A stretch of DNA of 64,000 nucleotides from assembly GCA_019417325.1 (NCBI GenBank), contig DXVO01000026.1, positions 11,826-75,825 on the forward strand. The letters are read 5' to 3'. The stretch is from Parabacteroides sp. (GTDB lineage Bacteria > Bacteroidota > Bacteroidia > Bacteroidales > Tannerellaceae). The notes beneath the pieces were generated by a model, which saw nothing but the letters and a program-made list of their open reading frames with translations, did not search any database and was not told the origin of the DNA. How positions within the stretch are numbered: position 1 is the stretch's first letter; each line of letters starts with the position of its first letter. This document shows, piece by piece, positions 50,835 to 62,058 of the stretch. Both the position numbers and the translations under genes were made by a program.

Positions 50835-52280
50835 TCAGCCTACGCTTCCCTCCAGGGAGATGGTCAGCAGCTTCTGCGCTTCGACGGCAAACTCCATCGG
50901 GAGCTTGTTCATCACCTCGCGGGCATAACCGTTTACAATCAGCCCCACGGCTTCTTCGACCGAGATACCGCGCTGTTGGCAGTAGAACAACTGCTCTTCG
51001 CTAATCTTGCTGGTCGTTGCTTCGTGCTCCACAACAGCCGTTTCATTCTGGATATCGGCATAGGGGAACGTATGCGCCCCGCTGGTGGAACTAAGCAGCA
51101 GACTATCGCACTGGCTATGGTTGCGGGCACCCTCGGCACGGGGAGACACCTTCACCAGACCACGGTAACTGTTCTGGCTGTGACCGGCGGATATACCTTT
51201 CGATACGATGGTACTGCGCGTATTCTTTCCGAGGTGAATCATCTTGGTTCCCGTATCCGCCTGCTGGTAATTGTTGGTAACGGCGACAGAGTAGAACTCG
51301 CCCACCGAGTTATCGCCGGCAAGGATACAGCTCGGATATTTCCAGGTGATGGCGGAACCGGTTTCCACCTGCGTCCAGGATATTTTACTGCCTTCGCCCT
51401 TGCACAGACCGCGTTTGGTAACGAAGTTATAGATACCGCCTTTGCCGTCCTTATCGCCGGGATACCAGTTCTGGACGGTGGAATATTTCACTTCGGCACG
51501 TTCCTTGGCCACGATTTCCACAATGGCGGCATGAAGCTGGTTTTCATCACGCATCGGAGCGGTACATCCTTCCAGGTAGCTGACATATGCCTCGTCGTCG
51601 GCCACAATCAGGGTACGTTCAAACTGTCCGGTATTAGCCGCATTGATACGGAAATAGGTGGACAATTCCATCGGGCAACGCACGCCCTTCGGTATGTACA
51701 CGAAAGAACCGTCCGAGAATACAGCCGAGTTGAGCGCAGCAAAGAAGTTATCGCGGTAACTTACCACGCTGCCCATATATTGCTGTACCAAATCCGGATG
51801 ATGCTGGACTGCCTCACTGAAAGAGCAGAAGATAATACCCTTCTCTGCCAGTGTTTCCTTGAAGGTGGTCTTCACGGACACGCTGTCCATTACGGCATCT
51901 ACTGCCATCCCGCTCAACTGGGCACGCTCGTGCAAGGGGATTCCCAGCTTGTCGAACGTCTTCATCAATTCGGGGTCTACCTCGTCGAGGCTTTTCGGGC
52001 CTTCTTTTTTCTTCGGGGCGGCATAGTAAATTATATCCTGATAATCTATCGGGGGAATATTCAGATGGGGCCAGGTCGGCATCTCCAATGTCAGCCAGTG
52101 GCGGAACGCCTTGAGGCGGAATTCGAGCATCCATTCCGGCTCGTTCTTCTTGGCAGAAATAATACGGACAGTCTCTTCATCCAAACCACGGTGGATTACC
52201 TCCGTATCAATATCGGTAACGAAGCCATACTTGTAGTCGCTGGTCGTTACCTCATTTAGTATGTCGTTTGATTCCTGCAT
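50835..52280 (-). CDS. sufB: Fe-S assembly protein SufB
   Basis: [21 protein letters not shown] and EHEATTSKI motifs. Confidence 0.98.
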   Translation of the reverse strand: MQESNDILNEVTTSDYKYGFVTDIDTEVIHRGLDEETVRIISAKKNEPEWMLEFRLKAFRHWLTLEMPTWPHLNIPPIDYQDIIYYAAPKKKEGPKSLDEVDPELMKTFDKLGIPLHERAQLSGMAVDAVMDSVSVKTTFKETLAEKGIIFCSFSEAVQHHPDLVQQYMGSVVSYRDNFFAALNSAVFSDGSFVYIPKGVRCPMELSTYFRINAANTGQFERTLIVADDEAYVSYLEGCTAPMRDENQLHAAIVEIVAKERAEVKYSTVQNWYPGDKDGKGGIYNFVTKRGLCKGEGSKISWTQVETGSAITWKYPSCILAGDNSVGEFYSVAVTNNYQQADTGTKMIHLGKNTRSTIVSKGISAGHSQNSYRGLVKVSPRAEGARNHSQCDSLLLSSTSGAHTFPYADIQNETAVVEHEATTSKISEEQLFYCQQRGISVEEAVGLIVNGYAREVMNKLPMEFAVEAQKLLTISLEGSVG

Positions 52281-52313
52281 ATATTTAATTTATAGTGTAT
52301 TTCTTTTTTGACG

Positions 52314-52805
52314 CTATTTCTCTTCTGTAAACAAATTGTTCGGATAAATGGTTGGAATGATTTTCTCTATCGGGTGATAGAGGCGGGATTCTACTTTTAT
52401 CTGACGGGGTATAAGTACCGAGCCGCGGTCTATCAACTCGACGGCATTCAATGCCAGACTGATAAACAGCAACATCATACAGACCCCGAACAACCCTCCT
52501 GCCAGATGGTTCAACAGACTGAGCGGCGTGGCTCCAACTACCCGGCTGACTATCTCGCCTGCCAACAGCAGGACACCGACTATCAACAGGAAACCAGCCA
52601 CATAACTGAGGATGGTGACCCCTTCTTCCGGAAACCACCCCAATGCGACAATATATCCTCGCAGCCATGCCGCAGCTTTTGCACAGAAAAAGATACCAAC
52701 CAAGAGGGCTATAAGCGAAACAACCTGTTTGATGACTCCATCAAACAGGCCTTTCACAAATCCTATCCCTGCCAGACATACGAATATAATGTCTAACCAG
52801 TTCAT
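52314..52805 (-). CDS. cvpA: CvpA family membrane protein
   Basis: MNWLDII...GLFDGVIKQ; 4 TMs. Confidence 0.85.
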   Translation of the reverse strand: MNWLDIIFVCLAGIGFVKGLFDGVIKQVVSLIALLVGIFFCAKAAAWLRGYIVALGWFPEEGVTILSYVAGFLLIVGVLLLAGEIVSRVVGATPLSLLNHLAGGLFGVCMMLLFISLALNAVELIDRGSVLIPRQIKVESRLYHPIEKIIPTIYPNNLFTEEK

Positions 52806-52807
52806 GT

Positions 52808-55804
52808 TTATAACGTCTTCTTAATTTCTGTTTCTTCGTATGCTTCGATAATATCGCCTACCTGGATATCATTGTAGTTTACTAAGTTCAAACCACAATC
52901 CAGCCCGGCTACCACTTCCTTCACATCGTCCTTGAAACGTTTCAGGGATTCCAACTCGCCGGAGTGGACTACGATACCGTCGCGGATTACGCGCACCTTG
53001 TTCGTACGTTTGATTTTGCCTTCACGTACCATACATCCGGCAATCGTACCGACCTTGGTAATCTTGAACACTTGCAATACTTCCACATTGGCGGTAATCT
53101 CTTCCTTGATTTCCGGAGAAAGCATCCCTTCCATTGCGCTCTTCACCTCTTCGATTGCGTCATAGATGATTGAGTACAGACGGATTTCAACGCCTTCCTT
53201 ATCAGCCATACGGCGAGCCGGCAATGCAGGACGAACCTGGAAACCGATGATGATAGCGTTTGAAGCGGCAGCCAACACAACATCCGATTCGGATATCTGG
53301 CCGACAGCCTTGTGGATTACGTTCACCTGGATTTCTTCGGTAGACAGACGGATTAACGAGTCGGACAATGCCTCTACGGAACCGTCCACGTCACCCTTCA
53401 CGATTACGTTCAGTTCCTGGAAGTTACCAACTGCGATACGGCGTCCGATATCATCCAGCGTAAGCATCTTCTGGGTACGCAGACCCAATTCACGCTGCAA
53501 CTGTTCGCGGCGGTTGGCTATTTCGCGGGCTTCCTGTTCGGTTTCCAATACATTAAACGTATCACCTGCCTGGGGAGCACCGTTCAGACCGAGGATTAAT
53601 ACCGGTTCGGAAGGACCTGCTTTTTCCACACGTTGGTTACGTTCGTTGAACATCGCCTTGATGCGTCCGTGGTGGGTACCGGCAAGTACGATGTCGCCGA
53701 CTTCCAGTGTTCCGTTTTCCACCAGGATGGTAGAAACATATCCGCGTCCCTTATCCAGGGAAGATTCGATGATGGAACCTACTGCGCGTCTCTTCGGATT
53801 TGCTTTCAGGTCCAGAAGGTCTGCTTCCAGCAATACCTTTTCAAGCAGTTCCTCTACGCCCATGCCTTTCTTGGCAGAGATTTCCTGGCTCTGGTATTTA
53901 CCGCCCCAGTCTTCCACCAGATAGTTCATATTGGCAAGCTCTTCCTTGATTTTCTCAGGGTTAGCATGCGGTTTATCTATCTTATTGATGGCAAAAACGA
54001 TAGGTACGCCGGCAGCGGAAGCATGGTTGATTGCTTCGATGGTCTGCGGCATGACGTTATCGTCGGCAGCTACAATAATAATTGCGATATCCGTTACTTT
54101 GGCACCGCGGGCACGCATGGCGGTAAACGCTTCGTGACCCGGAGTATCCAGGAAGGTGATACGGCGTCCGTTCTGCAACTTCACATTGTAAGCACCGATG
54201 TGCTGTGTGATACCTCCGGCTTCACCGGCGATTACGTTTGCTTTACGGATATTGTCCAGCAATGAAGTTTTACCGTGGTCGACGTGTCCCATCACTGTTA
54301 CGATAGGCGGACGTGCTACCCAGTCTTCTTCATTATCGTCTTCTTCATTTTCCTTGATGGCCTCGACTACTTCGGCACTTACATATTCAGTCTTGAAACC
54401 GAATTCTTCAGCCACGATATTGATAGTTTCCGCATCCAGGCGTTGGTTGATTGATACCATGATACCGATGCTCATGCAAGTAGCGATAACTTTGGTAACA
54501 GGGACATCCATCATGTTAGCAAGGTCGTTTGCTGTAACGAACTCCGTCAACTTCAGGGTTTTGCTTTCCATTTCCTCCTGTTCCAACAATTCGTGTTCAC
54601 GCTTTTGCACGGCATCACGTTTGTCGCGGCGGTATTTGGCCCCCTTGTTATTCTTATTGCCCTTGTTGGTCAAACGGGCCAACGTTTCCTTAATCTGCTT
54701 CTGTACATCCTCTTCGCTGACTTCGGCTTTTACCGGTTTCTTCAACCGGGGCTTGCGGTCGTCGTGCGGACGGCTCGGACGTGTATTTGTTCCCGGGGTG
54801 TTGTTTACATCTACCCGGTCTTTCTTTATACGGTTACGTTTTTTCTTTTCCCCGTTAGCGTCGCCAGGTTTTGCTGTAGCGGAGGCAGTAGCCGGTTTCT
54901 GTACACCGTCTTTATTCGGTTTGTTGAAACCGCCGCCCTGTTGTCCGGGTTTATTATTGGAAAAACGTTCACGCTTGTCGTCGCGTTCTTTTTTACGCTC
55001 TTCCTTTGTCTTCTTTTTAGGACGGGTAGATTGATTCAATGCATTCAGGTCAATCTTGCCGGTTACCTTGATTTTAGACTCAAACTTCGGAGTATTCAAA
55101 CGGAACAATCCTTCTCCCGAAGCAGCTTCTTCTGTTTCAGACGGACGATTTCCGACTTCCGCATTACCGGTTTCAGCTTTTACCGGCGTTTTTGCATATT
55201 CCGTTTTCTCTACTTCTACAGGTTCCTTTTCCACTTTTATCACTTTTACTTCTTTTTTCACCACTGGCGGCTGTATTGCTTCTACCTTTTCCGGTGTTTT
55301 TTCCGGCACGATGACAACTTTCTTCGGTGCCTCTATCGGCTCCTTCGACGGAGCGGCAACGGGAGCCGTAGGAGCAGGAGCAGCTACAGAGGCGGCTTCC
55401 TTCTTTTCTACGGGAGCAGAAACGGGGACAGTCTTTTCCGCTACCGGAGTTGCTTTAACTTCTTCGGTAGCATCCTGTTTTTTATATTTCTTATCCAGAT
55501 CAATCCGGCCTTTCGTTACAATTTTAGGCTTGAATTCATCCGGTATTACGGTCTTAATTTCCGAACTCTTCTCTTCTTTCACAGAAGAATCCTTATGGGG
55601 ACGTGCCAATACGGCACGCTCACGCTCAAAATTTGTGTCCGGTAAATCTTTTCCAAACTCTTTTACGAGCAAAGCATACTGTTCATCACTGATTCTCGTG
55701 TTGGGATTATCCTCAACCGAAAACCCTTTCTTATGCAGGAACTCAACAACCGTATTGATTCCTACGTTCAATTTTCTTTGTACTTGTATTAATTTTATAG
55801 GCAT
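52808..55804 (-). CDS. infB: Translation initiation factor IF-2
   Basis: [17 protein letters not shown] and NKID motifs. Confidence 0.98.
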   Translation of the reverse strand: MPIKLIQVQRKLNVGINTVVEFLHKKGFSVEDNPNTRISDEQYALLVKEFGKDLPDTNFERERAVLARPHKDSSVKEEKSSEIKTVIPDEFKPKIVTKGRIDLDKKYKKQDATEEVKATPVAEKTVPVSAPVEKKEAASVAAPAPTAPVAAPSKEPIEAPKKVVIVPEKTPEKVEAIQPPVVKKEVKVIKVEKEPVEVEKTEYAKTPVKAETGNAEVGNRPSETEEAASGEGLFRLNTPKFESKIKVTGKIDLNALNQSTRPKKKTKEERKKERDDKRERFSNNKPGQQGGGFNKPNKDGVQKPATASATAKPGDANGEKKKRNRIKKDRVDVNNTPGTNTRPSRPHDDRKPRLKKPVKAEVSEEDVQKQIKETLARLTNKGNKNNKGAKYRRDKRDAVQKREHELLEQEEMESKTLKLTEFVTANDLANMMDVPVTKVIATCMSIGIMVSINQRLDAETINIVAEEFGFKTEYVSAEVVEAIKENEEDDNEEDWVARPPIVTVMGHVDHGKTSLLDNIRKANVIAGEAGGITQHIGAYNVKLQNGRRITFLDTPGHEAFTAMRARGAKVTDIAIIIVAADDNVMPQTIEAINHASAAGVPIVFAINKIDKPHANPEKIKEELANMNYLVEDWGGKYQSQEISAKKGMGVEELLEKVLLEADLLDLKANPKRRAVGSIIESSLDKGRGYVSTILVENGTLEVGDIVLAGTHHGRIKAMFNERNQRVEKAGPSEPVLILGLNGAPQAGDTFNVLETEQEAREIANRREQLQRELGLRTQKMLTLDDIGRRIAVGNFQELNVIVKGDVDGSVEALSDSLIRLSTEEIQVNVIHKAVGQISESDVVLAAASNAIIIGFQVRPALPARRMADKEGVEIRLYSIIYDAIEEVKSAMEGMLSPEIKEEITANVEVLQVFKITKVGTIAGCMVREGKIKRTNKVRVIRDGIVVHSGELESLKRFKDDVKEVVAGLDCGLNLVNYNDIQVGDIIEAYEETEIKKTL

Positions 55805-55824
55805 ATCTAACTTTGTCGTAATAC

Positions 55825-57096
55825 TTATTCTTCACTTTCACCTTCTTCTTCAAATTCGGCGGATAATATAGCCAGCACTTCATCTACTGTCTGTTCTTCC
55901 AGATCGGCACGCTCCAGAATTTCACTCCGATCCATAGCCAGTACACTCTTTGCGGTATAGCAACCGATATTCTTCAGGGCATCGATTACCCAAGAATCGA
56001 TTTCATCCGAGAATTCATCCAGATAGATATCTTCTTCATCTGCACCTTCCACATCGCGGAATACATCGATTGTATATTCTGTCAACAGACAAGCCAGTTT
56101 AATATTTAAACCGCCTTTACCGATTGCCAGCGAAACTTCTTCCGGACGCAGATAAACTTCAGCTTTATGCTCTTCTTCGTTCACACGGATAGAAGATATT
56201 TTAGCGGGGCTCAATGCACGTTGTATAAACAGTGCGACATTGGCTGTGTAATTGATAACGTCGATATTTTCGTTTCTCAATTCACGTACGATGCCATGGA
56301 TACGGGAACCTTTCATTCCGACGCAGGCACCAACCGGGTCGATACGGTCATCATAAGATTCTACTGCGACTTTGGCACGTTCTCCCGGGATACGGGCGAT
56401 TGCCTTAATGGTAATCAGTCCATCGTTAATTTCAGGTACTTCCAGTTCGAACAAACGTTGCAAGAACATTTTGTCCGTACGTGAAAGGATAATCTTCGGA
56501 TTATTGTTGAAGTTATCCACCCGCTGTACAATCGCACGAACGGTTTCACCCTTGCGGTAGAAATCGGAAGGGATTTGTTCGGATTTCGGGAGCAGCAACT
56601 CATTACCCTCGTCGTCCAGCAACAAGATTTCCTTTTTCCATACCTGATACACATCGGCAGCAATAATATGACCGATTTTATCTTTGTATTTAGCAAACAA
56701 ACTATCCTTCTGCAATTCAAGTATCTTAGAAGCCAATGTCTGGCGCAGGTTCAGAATGGCACGACGTCCGAAGCCTGCGAAGTTAACCTCGTCGGTTACC
56801 TCTTCACCTACTTCACAGTCTGCATCAATCTTACGAGCCTCAGTCAATGTAAGCTGAAGGTTCGGATCTTCCAGTTCATCGTCAGCTACTACCGTACGGT
56901 TGCGCCAGATTTCGAAGTCTCCTTTTTCAGGATTGATGATCACATCATAATTTTCGTCCGTACCAAACATTTTGGCAATCACATTACGGAAGGAATCTTC
57001 CAACACGCTGATCATCGTATCCTTGTCTATATTCTTCAACTCCTTGAACTCAGCAAGGGTATCAATCATACTGATTGTTTCCTCTTTCTTGGCCAT
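55825..57096 (-). CDS. nusA: Transcription factor NusA
   Basis: [20 protein letters not shown] and AIGKGGLN motifs. Confidence 0.98.
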   Translation of the reverse strand: MAKKEETISMIDTLAEFKELKNIDKDTMISVLEDSFRNVIAKMFGTDENYDVIINPEKGDFEIWRNRTVVADDELEDPNLQLTLTEARKIDADCEVGEEVTDEVNFAGFGRRAILNLRQTLASKILELQKDSLFAKYKDKIGHIIAADVYQVWKKEILLLDDEGNELLLPKSEQIPSDFYRKGETVRAIVQRVDNFNNNPKIILSRTDKMFLQRLFELEVPEINDGLITIKAIARIPGERAKVAVESYDDRIDPVGACVGMKGSRIHGIVRELRNENIDVINYTANVALFIQRALSPAKISSIRVNEEEHKAEVYLRPEEVSLAIGKGGLNIKLACLLTEYTIDVFRDVEGADEEDIYLDEFSDEIDSWVIDALKNIGCYTAKSVLAMDRSEILERADLEEQTVDEVLAILSAEFEEEGESEE

Positions 57097-57102
57097 AATC
57101 TT

Positions 57103-57576
57103 TTACTTAAATCTTATTAGATATTTTGTATATTTTATTTCATCGAATGTATACGGTTGGTCTTCCGTAACGGTAACCTTGCGTTTGGCACCTTCCGGCT
57201 TTATCTGTTTTTCGATCGTTATCACCACACCCTTTTCGTCGGCAGCTTTCAGCACACCGGCAAGTTTGGCACCGTTCTTTAACAGCATTTCAACTTCATT
57301 ACCAATATTTTTCTGATATTGACGAAGAATCTTAAACGGGGCTGTTATTCCTGCGGAACCTACCTCCAGTTCAAAATCTTCCTTATCCCTATCCAAATGA
57401 GCTTCCACGTAACGGCTTAGTTCAACACAGTCATCAATACAGACACCCTCATCATTGTCTATCTCTATGATAATCAAGTTACCAGGTTTAATCACTACGT
57501 CTACCAAATAATTTCCGGATGAAGCTAATTTCTCTTCTACCAGTTGGCTTATCAGATCCTTTTCAATCATATACAT
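57103..57576 (-). CDS. rimP: Ribosome maturation factor RimP (start may be 57570)
   Basis: DDCVELSR and LEVGSAG motifs; lies upstream of nusA. Confidence 0.95.
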   Translation of the reverse strand: MYMIEKDLISQLVEEKLASSGNYLVDVVIKPGNLIIIEIDNDEGVCIDDCVELSRYVEAHLDRDKEDFELEVGSAGITAPFKILRQYQKNIGNEVEMLLKNGAKLAGVLKAADEKGVVITIEKQIKPEGAKRKVTVTEDQPYTFDEIKYTKYLIRFK

Positions 57577-57585
57577 ATAGTTAAG

Positions 57586-57615
57586 AACAAAAGGAGGGGA
57601 CTACCCGCCCCCTCC
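57586..57615 (-). promoter_or_regulatory. Leader hairpin/attenuator of rimP-nusA-infB
   Basis: Minus strand GGAGGGGGC-GGGTA-GTCCCCTCC-TTTTGTT, between TATATTTG (57637-57644) and the ATG. Confidence 0.7.
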
Positions 57616-57741
57616 TCATCTTCGCTTAATCGCCTGCAAATATACAAATAATCAGTGAGTTTTCAAATAATTATTATTTTTTTATTCATTGTCCGGCAGG
57701 ATTTGGGTATATGGCATGCAAACACTATCTTTACGGCCTGA

Positions 57742-57825
57742 ATACAAGGGGTGCTTATGGCTATACGCCACAGGCTGAGAACATACCCATATTACCTGTA
57801 CGGATAATGCCGGCGTAGGGAAAAG
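57742..57825 (+). ncRNA. TPP riboswitch
   Basis: GGGGTGC...GCTGAGA...ATACCC...ACCTG...GATAATGCCGGCGTAGGGAA, upstream of thiamine genes. Confidence 0.93.
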
Positions 57826-57913
57826 CAAGTCATTACGGCTTCATGGTATACATCCTCACTCAACACTCCTCTCCTATTCGTTTAATTCATTTATTTAAAC
57901 AAAAAGACTAAGG

Positions 57914-60133
57914 ATGAAAAGTGTATTAATGATCACCGCCGGAGTACTGGCGGTATGTACTGTCGAAGGCAAACAATCCGAACCTGTCGACTCGTTGAAA
58001 ATTTCAAAAAATATTCCATTAGAGGAAGTGGTGATAACTGCCACCCGGGTTTCAAAAGGGACACCCGTCGCATACAGTGAAATATCCAGGAAAGAACTGA
58101 ACAAACGGAATGACGGGCAAGGTATTCCCTTCCTGCTCCTCCAGTCGCCATCCGTCATTATGACTTCGGATGCAGGGACAGGTATCGGCTATTCTGGCTT
58201 CAGGGTCCGCGGGACAGATGCAAACCGTATCAATATTACAGTAAACGGGGTACCGGTCAACGACTCCGAATCGCATACCGTATTCTGGGTTAATATGCCG
58301 GATTTTGCCTCTTCCGTTGATAATATCCAGATTCAACGCGGGGCCGGCACTTCGACAAACGGTGCTGCTGCATTCGGCGCCACCGTTGCTATGCAGACTC
58401 AGAAACCGGATTTAAAACCTTACGGTATCTATTCTGTTTCAGCGGGTTCGTTCGGTACAGTAAAAAACACGGTACAAGGCGGTACCGGACTTCTTTACGA
58501 CCATTTTGTGTTTGATGCCCGTTATTCCAATATCCGGAGCGACGGATTTATAGACCGGGCTTCCGCCAACATGCATTCTTATTTTGTTTCCGCAGCCTAC
58601 TACGGAGCAAATACTTTAATCCGCTTCCAGACATTCGGGAGCGATGAACGAACGTACCAGGCATGGACCGGAGTTCCTTCTTCCATGCTGGAAACAAACC
58701 GTACGTATAACCCCTGCGGTGAATATGAAGAAAACGGAGTAACCAAATACTACGATAACCAAACCGACAATTACAAACAACAAAACTACCATCTGTCGGC
58801 AAGCCAGCGTCTCGGGGACTACTGGAATATGAATCTGACGCTTCACTATACACATGGGGAAGGCTATTACGAAGATTATAAGGCAAAAGCGAAATTTAAA
58901 AGCTATAAACTCCAACCGTATATAAACAGCAATGGCGAAACAGTTACCAAATCCGATCTGGTACGACGTAAATGGCTGGATAACGATTTTTATGGGGCCG
59001 TATACAGTGCCAACTACCAGACCGAACGGTTGAACTTCTCATTCGGTGCTGCCGTAAACAAATATATAGGCGGTCATTTCGGACGTGTCATGTGGGTAAA
59101 AAGTGCAGAAAACCTGCCACAACCCGACTATGAATATTATCGCAATACCGGAAATAAGCTCGATTACAATACGTATGCGAAAGCAAATTACCAGTTCCAC
59201 CCCTATTTCAACGGTTATATCGATATGCAATACCGGGGCATCCACTACACAATAAAAGGAAGTGACGACAAAGCTGGCGACCATGTCAACGTAGATAAAT
59301 ACTGGAACTTTTTCAATCCGAAAGCGGGTGTTAATTTCCGGAAAGGAGGACACAATGCTTTTGTTTCTTTTGCCGTAGCCAATCGCGAACCCAACCGCGA
59401 CAACTTCACCGAAGCAGGTCCCGACGAACGTCCCCTACATGAAACGCTATACGATTATGAAGTGGGATATAGTTTCAGCAATCCCCGTTTCCATGCCGGA
59501 GCCAACCTCTATTATATGGACTACAACAACCAATTGATTCTGACAGGCAAAATCAGTGAAATCGGCGAAGCACTCACTTCCAATATCAAGGATAGTTACC
59601 GGATGGGAATCGAACTGACGGGAGGCGTAAAAATTACCCGGTGGCTGGAATGGAACGGGAACGTGACTTTCAGCCGGAACAGAATAAAAGACTTCACCGA
59701 AACGCTGCAAAATTTTGATGCCGATTGGAATCCTGTCCCAGGTCAGGAAGAAGTTAAAAATTATCTGGGGACAACCCGAATTGCTTTTTCGCCGGATATT
59801 ATTGCCAACAGCATGTTCAGCTTCTACTGGAAAGGCCTGAGTGTAGGCTTCAATTCTCAGTATGTAAGCCGCCAGTATATAGACAATACTTCCAGTAAAG
59901 AGCGCTCCATCGACCCTTATTTTGTCAACAGCTTGCAAATAGGTTACATATTCAAGCCTAAATTCATGAAAGAGATTGGCTTAGACCTGGCTGTCAATAA
60001 TCTTTTCAATGAACAATATGAGACAAATGCATGGGTTTACTCGGCTATTGTAGATGGCAAACGTTACAAAGAAGATGGGTATTTCTGTCAGGCAGGTATT
60101 AATGCCATGGCCAGAGTAACTTTCAAATTTTAA
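57914..60133 (+). CDS. TonB-dependent receptor, probable thiamine transporter
   Basis: EEVVITATR TonB box, plug motifs, C-terminal Phe; downstream of a TPP riboswitch. Confidence 0.9.
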   Translation: MKSVLMITAGVLAVCTVEGKQSEPVDSLKISKNIPLEEVVITATRVSKGTPVAYSEISRKELNKRNDGQGIPFLLLQSPSVIMTSDAGTGIGYSGFRVRGTDANRINITVNGVPVNDSESHTVFWVNMPDFASSVDNIQIQRGAGTSTNGAAAFGATVAMQTQKPDLKPYGIYSVSAGSFGTVKNTVQGGTGLLYDHFVFDARYSNIRSDGFIDRASANMHSYFVSAAYYGANTLIRFQTFGSDERTYQAWTGVPSSMLETNRTYNPCGEYEENGVTKYYDNQTDNYKQQNYHLSASQRLGDYWNMNLTLHYTHGEGYYEDYKAKAKFKSYKLQPYINSNGETVTKSDLVRRKWLDNDFYGAVYSANYQTERLNFSFGAAVNKYIGGHFGRVMWVKSAENLPQPDYEYYRNTGNKLDYNTYAKANYQFHPYFNGYIDMQYRGIHYTIKGSDDKAGDHVNVDKYWNFFNPKAGVNFRKGGHNAFVSFAVANREPNRDNFTEAGPDERPLHETLYDYEVGYSFSNPRFHAGANLYYMDYNNQLILTGKISEIGEALTSNIKDSYRMGIELTGGVKITRWLEWNGNVTFSRNRIKDFTETLQNFDADWNPVPGQEEVKNYLGTTRIAFSPDIIANSMFSFYWKGLSVGFNSQYVSRQYIDNTSSKERSIDPYFVNSLQIGYIFKPKFMKEIGLDLAVNNLFNEQYETNAWVYSAIVDGKRYKEDGYFCQAGINAMARVTFKF

Positions 60134-60137
60134 CTGG

Positions 60138-60752
60138 ATGGAACATTTTCTTGAATATTTCGGTGTATTAACGGGACTGCTTTATTTATTGCTCGAAATA
60201 AAGCAGCACCGCGCCATGTGGGTAGTAGGGTTTACCACCTCCCTCGTCTATGTCTTTGTATTTTTCTTTTCTAAGATTTATGCAGATATGGGGCTGAATG
60301 TTTATTACACAGCCATCAGCGTTTATGGTTTCTGGCAATGGACCCGGAAAAATAAACTTCAGGAGAAAGAGGAATCACAACAGCAAGACAGTTCTTCCGA
60401 AAAGATATTGTACCGCCATGCAACTTTGAAATTACTGGCAGGTATCTGTTTTGTCATACTTGCTATCTACGGATTCCTTTTTTACATCTTATATACATTT
60501 ACGGATTCACCCATACCATCAGGAGACGCATTTACCACAGCAGTCGGGATTGTTGCCACCTGGATGCTTGCACGGCGCATTATCGAGCACTGGATATTTT
60601 GGGTCATCGTAAATTTCGTTTCAGTATATCTTTATTACCTTCGCGGATTATATCCCACCATGTTCCTTTATACCTGCTACGGATTACTTGCCATAGTCGG
60701 ATTATATACATGGAAAAAGAAAGGAATCAATACAAATGACAGCACCTTATAA
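60138..60752 (+). CDS. pnuC: PnuC-family transporter (thiamine, PnuT-like)
   Basis: Multiple TMs, YGFWQW, DAFTT and EHWIFW motifs; operon context. Confidence 0.88.
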   Translation: MEHFLEYFGVLTGLLYLLLEIKQHRAMWVVGFTTSLVYVFVFFFSKIYADMGLNVYYTAISVYGFWQWTRKNKLQEKEESQQQDSSSEKILYRHATLKLLAGICFVILAIYGFLFYILYTFTDSPIPSGDAFTTAVGIVATWMLARRIIEHWIFWVIVNFVSVYLYYLRGLYPTMFLYTCYGLLAIVGLYTWKKKGINTNDSTL

Positions 60753-61371
60753 TTGCGTAATCATGGCAAACGGCAGTTTTCCTGAAACAAGCCTGCCACT
60801 GGAAATGCTTCGCAAGGCATCCTTCATTATTGCCTGCGACGGGGCTACGGGAGCATTACATGAAGCAGGAATCATTCCAGATGCCATAGTCGGCGACCTG
60901 GACAGCATCCCGGCACCTTTCCGCCAGCTTTATGCTGACCGTATACATATCGTAGAAGATCAGGAAATCAACGACCTGACCAAAGCCGTCCGCTATGCCC
61001 ACTCCATCGGCCAGCAAGAGGTGCTGATACTTGGTGCCACCGGGCTAAGGGAAGACCATACACTGGGAAATATCTCCTTGCTTATGGACTATGCTTCCAT
61101 ATTCCGGAAAGTCGAGATGCTATCCGACTATGGACAATTCACCCCGCTTTTGCAAACCGCTACGCTGCAAAGCCATCCCGGACAACAGGTATCCATTTTC
61201 TCCATGTATCCTGAAGGGACAATCAGCACAAGCGGACTGAGGTGGCCTATCTGCAACCGGAAACTCACATCCTGGTGGCAAGGTTCCTTAAACGAAGCTT
61301 CCGGAAATGAATTCACTATCGAATTATCCCCCGAAGCCCGGGTGATTGTTTACCGGACCACATGCATATAA
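60736..61371 (+). CDS. thiN: Thiamine pyrophosphokinase
   Basis: ACDGA, GDLDS, DLTKA and GLREDHTLGN motifs. Confidence 0.92.
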   Translation: MTAPYNCVIMANGSFPETSLPLEMLRKASFIIACDGATGALHEAGIIPDAIVGDLDSIPAPFRQLYADRIHIVEDQEINDLTKAVRYAHSIGQQEVLILGATGLREDHTLGNISLLMDYASIFRKVEMLSDYGQFTPLLQTATLQSHPGQQVSIFSMYPEGTISTSGLRWPICNRKLTSWWQGSLNEASGNEFTIELSPEARVIVYRTTCI

Positions 61372-61374
61372 AAA

Positions 61375-61414
61375 ATATCCCGAAGGCATCTTTTTTGAGA
61401 TTGCCTTCGGGAAT
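61375..61414. terminator. Hairpin between convergent genes
   Basis: TCCCGAAGGCA...TGCCTTCGGGA. Confidence 0.65.
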
Positions 61415-61483
61415 AAAATACACCCTCAATTTTACAACTTAGTATATAAGCCTCACGGCTTAGTGAATATTTTTCTTTATTTA

Positions 61484-61828
61484 TTAAGCAGAAAGTTTAT
61501 TGAGCAATGAAGCTTTCCACTCAATAAAACCCTCAATGTTATTTTCTACCCTGAATTGCAGTTTATCATCTGCAACTTTTTTCAACTCTGTTTTGGGAGC
61601 CAACGGAAGGCACATATCATCCACGTTGAAATAAGCTTTCATCAAGATGACGTCATAGCCTCCGCCAATAACGGTCTTCACCAATGTCACAGGTACGTTC
61701 AATTGCGCCAGATAATAAGCAGAACGTTCGTAAGCGCACCATGCATTGTCTTCGAGATACAAGTAGACATCCTGACAGTTGTCCACTTCATTCCCTAAAA
61801 TAGTACTAACATCAAATATGCACTCCAT
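61484..61828 (-). CDS. Small hypothetical protein, tentatively MutS domain-I-like
   Basis: Probable ATG at 61828; VYLYLEDNAWCAYERSAY motif. Confidence 0.55.
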   Translation of the reverse strand: MECIFDVSTILGNEVDNCQDVYLYLEDNAWCAYERSAYYLAQLNVPVTLVKTVIGGGYDVILMKAYFNVDDMCLPLAPKTELKKVADDKLQFRVENNIEGFIEWKASLLNKLSA

Positions 61829-61982
61829 GTTACTTTTAATTATACTATACTTTATAAATTCTGACAATGCAAATATATATACTTTTAAAGCCCGTAGCGG
61901 GCTGTAAAAATCTCAATTATCACTGTCAAATCTATCAATCTTCCTTTTTGATAGAAAACTCCCTCTATTTCTACAAAAACAA

Positions 61983-62038
61983 AACCATCCGTAAGAACAT
62001 ATACCCCAGTTGCCGGGGAATAATTCTTACGGATGGTT
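61983..62038 (-). terminator. Hairpin/terminator after the DUF3868 gene
   Basis: AACCATCCGTAAGAA...TTCTTACGGATGGTT. Confidence 0.75.
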
Positions 62039-62058
62039 CTTAAATTAATTTCTCAGAA

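Noticed and set aside
50826..52259. 477-aa plus-strand ORF
   Set aside because: Antisense shadow of sufB
53166..55871. Several long plus-strand ORFs
   Set aside because: Antisense shadows of infB
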